A DNA stretch of 64,000 bases, taken from assembly GCA_965649825.1 (NCBI GenBank), contig OZ287703.1, positions 186,001 to 250,000 of the forward strand, given 5' to 3'. A model generated the notes under the pieces. It was not told the origin of the DNA. It worked only from the letters and a program-made list of their open reading frames with translations, and did not search any database. This document shows positions 25,872 through 37,071 of this stretch, piece by piece. This DNA is from Penicillus capitatus. Taxonomy: Eukaryota > Plantae > Chlorophyta. The number at the start of each line of letters is the position of its first letter. Within the stretch, counting starts at the first letter, position 1. The position numbers were made by a program, and so were the translations under genes.

Positions 25872-28800
25872 CATACGTTTCGGGTGCAAACTTCGAAAAT
25901 AAAAACCGTCATTCTTCGCTTCGCACTTCAATCATAGTTCTCTTTAATTCTGCTTGAGTGAACTGGATTCCTCACTGGCCCATGAACACGCCATCTGCAT
26001 CTCCCTATCCTCTCTGCTAACATGTATGGACCTCTCCAGGCTGCAGGTTTGTCCGCTTCTGGGTAAAAGACTAGCACTCTTCTTCCCGTTCTTAAGAATG
26101 ACGATGGGGCTGCGATTTTTCTGCGGCTTCGCTTCATTTTGTCTTCCCTTGATTTTCTGCAATTTTGGATCGCCTTTGCTCTCCATATCTTCAGTCTCTC
26201 GTCGTCGATTCGTTCTCCATTTCGTGTCACGCCCCAGAAGAGCTCATTGGGCGTATATTTCGTTACGCCATGAACGGCATCATTGATTACGTCCTCGAGG
26301 CGCTTGCGGTCGATCGGGAGCTCTTGGTTCGCGGTCATCTTTTCCACTCTCGTCTTGATGTTCCCGACAAGGCGCTCCACCCGGCCATTAGTATTCGCGG
26401 TATAGGTGGGAGAATAGTAATGTGTGATCTGCCGCTTAGTGCAAAAGGCACGCAATCGACGACCACAAAGTGCTTGGCCTTGATCCAAAAATATAGCTTT
26501 TATGCCTCCATGTCTTGCCACGGTAGCATTCCGCCACCTCGTGAGGGCCTTGATCACGGTCTCTTCGTTTGGGTGCGTCGTTATCGTTATCTGGCAGACC
26601 TGGTTAGTCCGTCGACGATTGCTAAGACGTGCTTGTTCTTCTTTTGATATCTTCTAAGCTTGATTGGTCCTAGGAAGTCGAGGAACAACATGTGGTTTGC
26701 CACGAGGCATTCGATGCATCTCCATTCGTCTCTAAGACGGGGTCTGACTCCCCTTTGACAACCCTCGCATCTTCGCACGAACTCTTCAACATCCGTTCGG
26801 GCCGATGGCCATATGCTTCCGTCCCTTTTGAGGTGCTCCCATGTTCGGCTGGAGTTCCAATGACCGTCGTGGGCTGTTCTCAGTCGTTCTGTCTGTTGCT
26901 CTGTGAGAAATGTCGTTGCTGCCTTTTCCAATGATGGCCATCGGCTTAAGACATCTGCCACCCCGTTGGATGCACCGGGAAGGTAGCACACTTCAAGTCT
27001 GGAGGGGATCTCGAAGTTCGTCCAAATCCAATCGAGCAGTCTGGACACCCTTGCGTCGAGGAGTGACCGGCTTCGTGGTGTTTCCATTACGCATTGTATA
27101 CGCTTTGGGAATCTGTCCACACCACTATTCGCGTTCCTGCTGTCATGACCTTTACCTCCTCGAGGGCCCAACAAAGCCCTCTCAGTTCCCCAAGCATGCT
27201 GCTCACAGTGCCGTTGGCTTCACGACGACTGTTGATTCCGATCAACAGTCCTTCGCTCATCGGTCCTGAGAACAGAGCATATCCGGTTCCTACGCCGCTC
27301 CAGTCGACATAGAGGTGCGATTCCTTCGTCGCATTGGTTGGTAGTCGATGCAGTGACATCGAGTTACGCAGCACCAGTTCCCATACTTCCCTTGTCTTCC
27401 TCTGCAGTGTGGCGAGATCTGATCGATCCTTTCCGGGAGACTCGGTTCTTTTTGTAAAGGCTCCAGTCACTGGCTTAGTCTGTGACATGTGGGTCGACAG
27501 ACGTTCAGTATTACGATCATCTTCTGCAGTTGATGCTTCGACGTCGATATGGACACTTGGGTGCATTGCTTGCGAATGTAACTCTCGAGGCTGAACGTTG
27601 ATTCTCGGACACCGTACCCCAGAAAAATCACTTGCTTTTCACAGAACTGCATCTTCTGTCGATTGGTGTGAAGGCAGTGGGCCTCCATCACATTTAATAC
27701 TTCTTCCAGATTGTTGTCATGTTCTCCTTGATCGCGTCTGCCAATCAAGATGTCATCTTGAAAGATGACTGACAGCTTGGGGGTCTCGAAGACCGAGCGC
27801 AGACGGCTAAGGAACAGCGAAGGGCTGCATGACCATCCCATCGGAAGGCATTTGTATGTCCACCTCTTTCCTTGGTGCTCGAATCCGAATAGCTTCTGGA
27901 GGGCATCGCAAACCTGTAGGTGAAAGAACCCACAGTCTAAGTCTAGGACAGTAAACCTGTCCCACTCGACTGGTATGGACGATACTGTCTCTCTCACGCT
28001 CGTCATTTGAGCCTTCCACGTTCGGCAGTATGTACTCAAGAGCCGGAAGTCGAGCGTCTTGCGTGCGTTCCCGTTGGGCTTTTTGACCCATATTGTGGGG
28101 CTCGGAAAGACCCTTTCACCAGGCCTCACTCTTCTAATGACCCCACGCGCCTCCATATCGGCGAGCACTTCGTCGGCTTCTTTGGTAGACGTCCCCAGTC
28201 TCATATCGAGCGCCTCTATTGCAGCTTGGAATGTCTGCCACGTCTTTCAGCCACTCGATCTCTTTGAGGCATATCTTCAATCGTGCGATCGGCTTGCCCA
28301 CGCCGAAGATGCCTTTGGAGAATACCGCTGGGTATTTCTGCACAAAGTGATCCAGATCGGCTTTCTCCGAGTGGGCTGATGCTGAGACGAGACTCATCGA
28401 AGGATTCTCGTCTTCTTCGTGGGACGCTTTCGGCTCGCTGATGTCGAATCGGCTCTCCGGTGTCTTGATGAGTGCCGCTGCCTTGAGTTTCGGACTCAAC
28501 AATTTGGCTTCGTCGGCAGAATTATAGATTTGGACTCTTACCGTTCCTTCATTGGACAGGGAAACGGAAGCTAGTAGGTTACAGACCTGTAGCACTGGCA
28601 GCACGCCTTGGATCCCGTCTCCTACCACGCTGGACGGTAGAACCAGGATTTTTGTTTCCTTGAGGCCCATCACGGTGGACCTTCCGAGGGGCAAGTGAGC
28701 TCGGTTGCCCACGACTGCGACACGCGCCTGTTAAAGTGACGGATTGACTACTGCCCTGAGTCAATCATGTGACGATTCGAAAGATGCGGCGAAAATGAGT

Positions 28801-29821
28801 CGACGGCATTATTTATGCGCATACCGTATTTGCACAAGAGATTATTGGCTGATTGTCTGAGAACTTCAACCCTGTAACCCGCGATCACAATTGATGTCGT
28901 CTGGGCGTCGAAGCGTTCGCTTCGTCCTGGGCCCGATTCGGCATTTCACAGCGCCTTATTCCTTTGGCCGAAGATGGAGATCTCTACTATACGGTGAGCG
29001 GCGGATCTCCCCTGGATTCTTGGCTCTGGGGCTGTAGGCAGTGCCGACTAGTATAGTCACCGCGAGCTGCAACCACGCGATAATCATTGTGTCAACTGTA
29101 CAGGGTAACAATGCAGTGTCCGCCTTTTTTATTCGCATGATTGTCTAGATCATAAAATTAGGCTCACAGGGGCCGAGGTCCCCAGAGCTAGCAGTTTTTT
29201 GCAGCTGAGCTTTTGAGGCTGCATGGCAGAAGAGTCTCTCTCTGCATGGTCTCTGCAGGTATTCCTCGCTGCAGTTGATGCTGAACTCGAACTGACGTAA
29301 GGCTGGAGTGCCCAGTATCGTTTTTCCCAGTTGGGGAACAACCAAGTGCGTCACACTCTTCTCTGAGTTCCCGAGGTGAGTGTTCAGGGTAGTCTGCCCA
29401 AGAACGGGTAGACCCTCGCCTGAGACTCCGTAAACTTCCGTAACGTCGCAAGGCACTGCTGAACGCTCGATCTTTTCGCAGATCCTTCTGGACATCAGGT
29501 TTGCGGACGACCCGGAGTCGATGAGAAATTCCCGGGCCCAAGGCTCGTTTTCGATCCGCCCTTGCACGTGCGTGGAGGAGAGGTCTCCCGTTGCCCCTTT
29601 CCGTTCCACTGACCGCCGCCGTTGTCGGCTGCTGAGAGCACCCTTCATCTGTCCGAACTTCCCCTCCTCTGGGAGAGGACCGGCCACTTCTGAAGCTGAA
29701 CTCATCGTCAATGTCCGATCCCATGCAGGTGGACGCTGTATATGCTCTGTCTTTTCGCTGTTTGGGGCACTCATCCTTCCAGTGCATCCCACGGCATATA
29801 GGACACGGAGCGATGGGCTTG

Positions 29822-30775
29822 CTAGGTCTGGCAGGGCAAGCCCAAATCGGATGATCGTCTCCCCCACATCGTTTGCATCGCTTCCCTCTCGGAGTTCCTC
29901 CGTCCTTTCTCGGAGAAGCAGAGGGTCCGGGAGAATCGAATGAGCGTCGGCGGCTGCGGGTCGGGTTTGTCGACCCTGGAGCCTCGTTTTTCGTCCGAGG
30001 CCAGCCTTAACTCCCTCAGGGCATTCTTTACCTCCCTGAGTTCTTGTCTGAGGTCGTCGTCATTGACTTCTGGCTCGCTTTCCCACTGCAGGCGTCGAAG
30101 GAGTTGGATAAACTGTTGGATGGCTATTCCCAACACCACCCAGATTGGCAGATGGAAATACCACTTTACCACAGCCTTACAGCCTCTCCACATGGCCGTC
30201 GCCTTCAGCTACATCAGGCAGAGCACATTTGTGACGATGAATGCCACGCAGAGGTATAAGATCGTCCACATGATGCGGAGCGACGTGCCTGTGTCCGTCG
30301 CCGCCGCTGTGATGAAGTCGGCGACTGAGGTTCCGATCCAATGGAAGGTTGACCGCCACATCCCGATTTCGAACGCGCCGGCATCCGGCGCAGTAGGCCT
30401 GTCTTCAGCCTTGGAGTGGTCGCGGCAGAGAACCATGCTTTCCAGAACTTCCATCGACGCCCCCGTCGTAGACTCGGCCGTTTCTTCACGACATGGACAG
30501 CATGTAGCCGGACGTTTGCGCAGTCTAACCGACTCTCCCAACAGCTGGTCTTTGTCTTCTCGGCACTCCGCGTTCTCTTGTCGCAAGAGCTTAATGGTCT
30601 GCATTGTCTCCGCCACGTTCTGCCTGGCAGTCATCTCCAAGCCTTCGTTGGACGTATCGTCGCTTGTCGCTGCCTCCGCTTGGACACCTTTGTCGCAATA
30701 AAGGAGTATTGCCACCATCACAGCCATGACCGTCCGTCTGTCCCCATCGCTCCGAAACCAGATGTCATTGCTCAA
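29822..30775 (-). pseudogene. Retroelement ORF1: hydrophobic leader, coiled coils and two predicted TM helices; interrupted by one in-frame TAG at 30209-30211
   Basis: ORFs 30209-30775 and 29822-30193 share a frame (LCLM*LKATAMWRG). Hydrophobic stretches are MAVMVAILLYC, WTILYLCVAFIVTNVLCLM and WYFHLPIWVVLGIAI. Confidence 0.6.
30749..30760 (-). promoter_or_regulatory. Primer binding site (initiator tRNA-Met-like)
   Basis: Minus strand reads TGGTTTCGGAGC, 2 nt inside the 5' LTR; this is two mismatches from the plant iMet PBS TGGTATCAGAGC. Confidence 0.7.
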
Positions 30776-30911
30776 ACGTTTTTCTTAAAAAAGAGATTCC
30801 CTCCTTGTTCATGCCCCTCCTTTAATACCTCCTGATCAGGAGGGGCGACTAAGCGTCATTGATCCGATGACCGAGATTAGTCATCGTGATAATAATGTCT
30901 ACAGGAGCCCA
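30763..30911 (-). repeat. 5' LTR (~149 bp, TG...CA)
   Basis: Direct repeat of 25722-25871; followed on the minus strand by a PBS after a 2-nt spacer. Confidence 0.85.
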
Positions 30912-32381
30912 TGGGAGAGAATGAGCAAGACCTTGACCGAGAGAACGTTCATGCGGCTCTCGTGAACACAGGCATTGAACCATGACGTCAATTTACGTCA
31001 GAAAGACAACGTAAACGGTCGGATAACACCCAGTCCGTCGCGTTTTACTGAACTTAGCCGCCGATTTTCGTCGCTGAACACGCCTCTCGGCGACCTGCTC
31101 TTGTAGCGGTTTGCACCAAGTTTTGAATCAGGACATTCCATAATGATGACAGGATACATGACAGCTTCCACTGTCACATCAAGATCCAGGTCTATGCGCG
31201 TTTGTTGCATTCACTCCTTGCTTCCTTTTCCCTGTAACCCTTTCAGCGTTCATTACCTAGATGATATGGTTTCAAATCGAAGGAGCTCCTAGAATTGTAG
31301 AGTCCGACCGATTGATGCCAAAAGATCTTGTGTTGCACCTCCGTTTTAACCAATTTCGTCCAATCGTCGAGGAATTCGAGATCTTGGATCATCGTTGCAA
31401 TGTCGACGTTTTCTTGCACATCCGTTCCTTATCGGTCTACCTACGATCAGCTTCGCATAGTCCTTTTGACTAAAGCCTTCTTCTGTAAACAACTCTACCC
31501 ACCGATTTAAAGCCGGGATTTTCTTCAGTGGGGAAGGCTCGCAACACGGAGTACCGGTAACAATCATCAAGGCCCGCTCAAAATGCCGACCATATCTCGA
31601 CTCTCTTCAATTGCAGTCTATTTCTTGCAACTCTTTTTAGCGCACAATTTGATTGACCATCTTTTGTACAAGAGAACATCACCGTTGATTGACTTGACGT
31701 TAACTTCTGTAACGACGCCCCGATGCCTATGCAACAATATCCATACGGTTCTTCCCTTCTTACGGCTTCGACGTGTTCAAGCAATTCGGCGACACCCTTG
31801 GTCCTAGAACATCTTTACACAACAGCGTGTGAGTACAAATAGACTGTGATGAACCAATCAATTACTTAGACCTGTCGATCGTTTCGCTCGCACAGTCAAT
31901 TTTTCTCACGCGAGTCTCGCGTTCGTTCGGCTGATGATTACTGCCATGTGCTGTTCAGCAAGCTTTAAAGGTGCACTTATCAGTTTTAAGTGAAAATCCG
32001 TCCCTGCCTTCTGATCGGGTTGGGCTACAAATAAGGAGAACGCGGTAAATGTCAAATGTGTCACTTCTCCGTTGTCGCCTCTGGGAACATAGCATTCATT
32101 GTCAGTTCCACAAACACCGGACTTGCGTCAACATCGAATCTTGCAACCTGGGAACACGAGAGAATGGCCCGAGTTAACGAAAAATGTAGCAGTGGAAACT
32201 GGCTGTCTCCCCTGTTGGGCAGGTGTCGCTTCGCGAAAGCCCGAAACGTCAACAGATTGTTTTCTTTGTTTGACGATGCCGTCTGGACTAAGAAAAGCTG
32301 AAGCGCGGTCACGCTCAAGCGCGTGTAGAACAAGCGTATAGATGTTTAGGTTCTTTGACGTTTAACAGATTGCAAGTGTTA

Positions 32382-33521
32382 TCAACTCAACTTAACTGCG
32401 ACCACGTTCTTGAGAAGGCCGAAGCAAAACATTCCCTTCGGATCTGTCCAAACTTGTTTGATCGTCATTCCAGCGGTCGCCGACAGATCTTGAAGATCGC
32501 CTGCCGAGTACTTGACGGAGAAGTGATAGAGTATCAGTTCGTCTGTCTTCAACTTCACGTCGACGCTCTTTTTGCTATCTCCGGAGAATGGCGGGGGGAT
32601 TGTTATCGTCTGGTCGGAGAGAGACTTTATGTAGGACTCGTACTGGCCGTCCTTGACGTTGTATCCAGACCATCTCTCGAACTTGGTGACATCGAAGACG
32701 TTCTTTCCGAGCAGACGATTGAGACAAACGAGGGTGTTCACGCCGAGGGCGGCGATAATACCCTTAGAGTCGTTGTAGGCACGAAGGATCGTTTTCGGAT
32801 CATTTCGCCTGTCAGCCGCCAGAAAGAAACCGTCTTCCGGCTCCATCGCGCCGCCATAGAGTCGCATCAAATCAGCCGCCTCCTGCCTCGTCATGTCGCC
32901 CACAGATGATCCCAGCCACAGGAAGAACCTTGGCCCGGGAATGTTCGGCAGAAAGGAGACCAGATCCTCGTAGGTTCCGTGGATGCCGGCGTAGGAAAAG
33001 TTCCACTCTCCAGACGCGTCGTCTGCCTCCACCTTCGCTCTCAGATTCTCTAGAGACTGGCGGAGGTACGTATCGTCGATGTCCAGACCGTAGAACCTGA
33101 GACTCTTCTTCTTGGCGACGTTGCGGAGGTAGTCCAGAATGATGGCCGTCTTTGTCATGCTGCCGCATCCGAGCTCCACGATGGCGGCGCCGTCAGGAAT
33201 GTGTACTGCGATCTCATCCATGTGTGTTCTGAGAAGTGATCTCTCGCAGGCTGTCAGATAGTACTCGTCTTCGAGCTTCGTCAGCTCCTCGAACAGCTCC
33301 AGGCCTCGCGTGTCGTAGCGCAGAGGCGTGGTAAAGCGCCTTCGGCTTCGATCGGCCGAAACGCTGACGACAGTGCCGTCGGCGAGCGTCAGCTCACGAG
33401 CGTCTTCCGCGATCGCCCCGGGATTGATGAAGTCCTTCAGCGGGAGCTCGTCGGAGGCGAACAGCTGCCCGTCCGTCAGAACGTGGACGGGGACGTCCTC
33501 CGCCAAGCCTTCTGTCGTCAT
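32382..33521 (-). CDS. EgtD-family methyltransferase, copy 4 (3 aa different from copy 2)
   Basis: 379 aa ORF differing from copy 2 at GVST->SVSA and LLGT->LLRT. Confidence 0.9.
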   Translation of the reverse strand: MTTEGLAEDVPVHVLTDGQLFASDELPLKDFINPGAIAEDARELTLADGTVVSVSADRSRRRFTTPLRYDTRGLELFEELTKLEDEYYLTACERSLLRTHMDEIAVHIPDGAAIVELGCGSMTKTAIILDYLRNVAKKKSLRFYGLDIDDTYLRQSLENLRAKVEADDASGEWNFSYAGIHGTYEDLVSFLPNIPGPRFFLWLGSSVGDMTRQEAADLMRLYGGAMEPEDGFFLAADRRNDPKTILRAYNDSKGIIAALGVNTLVCLNRLLGKNVFDVTKFERWSGYNVKDGQYESYIKSLSDQTITIPPPFSGDSKKSVDVKLKTDELILYHFSVKYSAGDLQDLSATAGMTIKQVWTDPKGMFCFGLLKNVVAVKLS

Positions 33522-35049
33522 CTCTCCTTCTGCTGCCTCTAAGCACGACGCCGAGAAGAACCGTCAACACTATAGCGAACGTCGGATCGACGAGGCGGGA
33601 GGACGGCGAACGAATACTCGCCGAAGAAGATTCGCTTCGTACGCAAGCGCCTGTAGTACAATCTTAGAGACATGAATGGCTCTAACGAGGCCATCTGGAG
33701 CGTCCCTGTCTCCTTACAGCACGGATGCAAGCAGTGGAGGCCTGTGGTGAGGCGTCTCGATTCCGACTCCCTCATCGTGACTGTCTGCACTTGTCATTCT
33801 GTCTGGCTTCCTTTCCTAACGCACTACACAGCACCAGCGAACGTAGAATGGGGGGTATTGCGTTCTGGGTCTGCAGTGGTCGTCCCTTCGTCACAGTGAA
33901 CCAGGCATCCAGCACCTGTCACTTCGAGAAGCCATTCTGCCTGTTCTGAAGTCTTCTCGAGAACAGCTTCTCGCTCTTCGTCGGGGTGAATATCATTGGC
34001 TGCCTTCATTCTCTTCGAAGAGGAAGCAATGAATGGCTTCTGGGATCTCTGTGTTCCTGCAGGTCGAACATGTCTCTCCGTGTAGATGTGCTGTCTCGGC
34101 GTGATGTAACCTGTCGGGAGGCATTTGATGCCCTGCGTTAGGGATTCCAGCTTTTGCTCTGATTTCTACTGCAGTGGTAAGGGCCTTAAGGATAGAGGCG
34201 ATAGAGGTGACCGATGTGATTTAGTAACGCCGACCTTATCGCAATGACGTCAAAACGTGTTTGCGAGAAGAATGGACTAAAACCGATTAGAGCATTTCCG
34301 AACTTTATTTGGGCGTTCCTCTTTTAAGTGTTAAGTCAAGATGGCTGTTACGGCAGCCTTTAACGGCGGAACACCGTTGCGGTGTCAAACGCCCTTCGAC
34401 ATACGAACATAAATACGACCTCGTTCCGTGACATCAGAACGGTATTCGACGTCCAGATTTGACATTGTGTCGATTTTCTTTCGGCGTGTACATTGGCGGA
34501 GTCCGTAGCGCTCTAGTGCTCTTTCGTTAACTTGCTACCTTCCGATGTTTATAATTGCTATCGGTTGTTGAAGACCTTGTACTGGAGATGTAGCGTCTAA
34601 TGCGTTGTTCGTAGCCGTCGGAAGCGGTTGCGCGTCATGTTAACCACCTCGGCGCGCTAGCCATCAGCTGCGACGGATGCTAGTCTCCGAGTCAACCATC
34701 TTTTAACAATAGGGTAATGGTTTTCGAACAAGCCTTGAACTTCTCGACTGTTGGATGTTATGGTTAGGGAACTCACAACCACCGTGGGTATTTAAGGGTG
34801 ACATTCCCGTTGTAAACAATCTCGAGTTCCTGTGTTATAATCTGAGCGTTCGTCTGCGTCGTCGTTCGCGCGTCTCTCGACTCCGAGTTTCTCTAAAGCG
34901 ATTACACGATCCTGACACCTTGTCTACACAATAACGTCACGTTGCTCGTGTTGTTGGACCGACGAGAATCTCTTTTGCGTTTTTCGAGTGGCAAGTATAC
35001 TACGATGGGCAAGGCGCAGAGCAAAAACCGCGTGTTCATTCGTGGAGAA

Positions 35050-36192
35050 ATGGCATTCAATGTTCAGACTCAAGAAATCCCTGTCCATGTGTTGCTAGGA
35101 AGCCGACATTCTAACCGCGACGTGTTAGTGCTCCTCGACGGATTCATAAACCCGCTCCCTTGCTCAGGGGATGGCGTGCGTGAGATGACTTTGCCTGGCG
35201 ACAGAGTGGAAAAGATTCATCCGGAACTGCGCCGCCGTAGCTTTCCATCGTCACTTGTTTACGACACGCGAGGCCTGGAACTGTTCGAAGAGCTGACGAA
35301 GCTCGAAGACGAGTACTACCTCACCGCCTGCGAGAGATCCCTCCTCAGAACACACATGGATGAGATCGCAGTACACATTCCTGACGGCGCCGCCATCGTG
35401 GAGCTCGGATGCGGCAGCATGACGAAGACAGCCATCATCTTGGACTACCTCCGCAACGTCGCCAAGAAGAAGAATCTCAGGTTCTACGGTCTCGACATCG
35501 ACGACACGTACCTTCGCCAGTCGCTGGAGAATCTGAGATCTGTCGTTGAGAAAGAAGACAGGGACGCCGAATACACGATCTCTTATGCTGGTATCCATGG
35601 GACTTTTGAGCAGCTGGTCTCCTTCCTTCCTAACATCCCTGGTCCGAGGTACTTCCTCTGGCTGGGGTCCACCATTGGTAATATGACGAGGCAGGAGGCA
35701 GCGGATTTGCTGCGCCTTTACGGCAATGCGATGGATCCGGCAGATGGCTTCTTTCTTGCAGCGGACAAGCGTAATGACCCCCGAACGATCGTTCGTGCTT
35801 ACAATGATTCTCAGGGCAGAGTCGCCGCTTTCACCATGAACATTCTTGTCTGTTTGAATCGTTTGCTGGAGCAGAATGTTTTTGATGTGACGAAATTCGA
35901 AACTTGGTCTGGATATGATATCGCAGCTGGGCAGAATGAAATGTACTTCAAGTCGCTGGTCGACCAGACCATTGTCATCCCTGCTCCATACTCGGGAGGC
36001 GTCAAAAAGTATGCAGAAGTGCGCCTGAAAAAAGATGAGCTCATACTGTGTTTCGTCTCCGTGAAGTACTCTAGCGATGATCTAAAACTCCTAGCTGCTG
36101 CTGCTGAGTTAGCCGTTGCACAAATCTGGACCGATCCACAAGAGATGTTCTATTTTGCTCTCCTTAGGAAAAGTAGCAGCACCAAAGAATGA
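35050..36192 (+). CDS. EgtD-family methyltransferase, copy 5 (paralog of copy 3)
   Basis: ATG at 35050 (MAFNVQTQEIPVHVL); family motifs intact; QNEMYF and LCFVSVKY differ from copy 3. Confidence 0.9.
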   Translation: MAFNVQTQEIPVHVLLGSRHSNRDVLVLLDGFINPLPCSGDGVREMTLPGDRVEKIHPELRRRSFPSSLVYDTRGLELFEELTKLEDEYYLTACERSLLRTHMDEIAVHIPDGAAIVELGCGSMTKTAIILDYLRNVAKKKNLRFYGLDIDDTYLRQSLENLRSVVEKEDRDAEYTISYAGIHGTFEQLVSFLPNIPGPRYFLWLGSTIGNMTRQEAADLLRLYGNAMDPADGFFLAADKRNDPRTIVRAYNDSQGRVAAFTMNILVCLNRLLEQNVFDVTKFETWSGYDIAAGQNEMYFKSLVDQTIVIPAPYSGGVKKYAEVRLKKDELILCFVSVKYSSDDLKLLAAAAELAVAQIWTDPQEMFYFALLRKSSSTKE

Positions 36193-37071
36193 AAACAAAC
36201 CTCGACATATGCGCTTGTATGATGTCTGTCTCAGTGATTTCCTGAGCAGTGATGGGGGTCCTCCCGATTTCCGTCGTGATTTGGTATCATCTACTGGAGC
36301 ACCGTTCGAACTGTATTATAAGTTTCATTGATTATCTGAACGAATATTACATCGCACTAGTTTAAGAATTTAAATCCGTTTCGACTAGGACGATCTCAGT
36401 TGTTACACCTCATTAAGCAAAACTCACTTCCATAAAGCAAATTGATTAAGTAATAAGATTTGCTCGATTATTTTTGTGTACGTCGAATTACAGTATTCGT
36501 GTCTGTCAGCGACGGAGTTCAGCCGACACTCAGCTTCATCGAACAAGTGTTGTGCACGTGCAAACATAGATCACACAGAGTCTTCCCAACACAGCGCATG
36601 AACTTAAAGTTTCGTCAATTCTCTTCACAGTGACTAGTCGATCAGCCTAAAGAGTTCATCCGCTTCACGATCTCAAGCGTCGAGAATGCCAAACCCCGTA
36701 TGTGTGATGTCACACAAAAGACATCAATCAGTCTGGAGACGAGATGATGTCTTCGAGGGATATGTGAGGGTGATATCGAAGGTATGAAGGCATGAGACCC
36801 GTGTCAATAGAGCAATGCGACGGTAACTTAAGGAGTAATGCACCATCGCCGACTTCGGCGTCACCTAGAACAGCGTAAGCAAAAATAGAACGTCGACATC
36901 AAAGAGCGGCGGTTTAAGCTCAGAGCCGTTTTCGATTTTGCGGTTTGAGCCGATTAAATAGCCGGTTAAATTTTCGTTGTTTGTTAGACTGCTTCACGAA
37001 CACGACCTTTAGCGTCTCATCCTTTTCAGTTTGACTGTGGACGCATTTTGCTCGTATTGCACGTAAATCAA

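Larger units (their letters stand above)
25722..30911 (-). mobile_element. Ty3/gypsy LTR retrotransposon, degenerate (order PR-RT-RH-IN)
   Basis: Two Zn knuckles (29767-29877), protease FLIDSGS (~29515), RT (TLDFRLL, LDLDCGFF, LPMGWSCSP, FQDDILI), RNase H (YVDWS, ELRGL, VWTDSQ, NGVADVLSR), integrase (H..GH..CEGC, LDFLGP, VDGLTR, LDQG, NGRVER); bounded by TG...CA direct repeats. Confidence 0.93.
30910..36340. repeat. Segmental duplication, copy B (contains methyltransferase copies 4 and 5)
   Basis: Begins at the right end of the gypsy LTR; colinear with 18753-23780, with ~450 extra bases around 34370-34950. Confidence 0.93.

Noticed and set aside
25722-30911. DIRS/tyrosine-recombinase element (suggested by the hairpin-rich termini)
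   Set aside because: The termini are direct TG...CA repeats with a PBS, and a DDE integrase follows RNase H.
33824-34009. Upstream ORF MKAANDIHPDEE as a first exon of copies 2 and 4
   Set aside because: The copy near 21800 has a 1-nt indel, and the obvious splice phase does not join the methyltransferase frame.
35005-35049. MGKAQS myristoylation-like extension on methyltransferase copy 5
   Set aside because: The homologous stretch upstream of copy 3 has no ATG, so this is probably chance.
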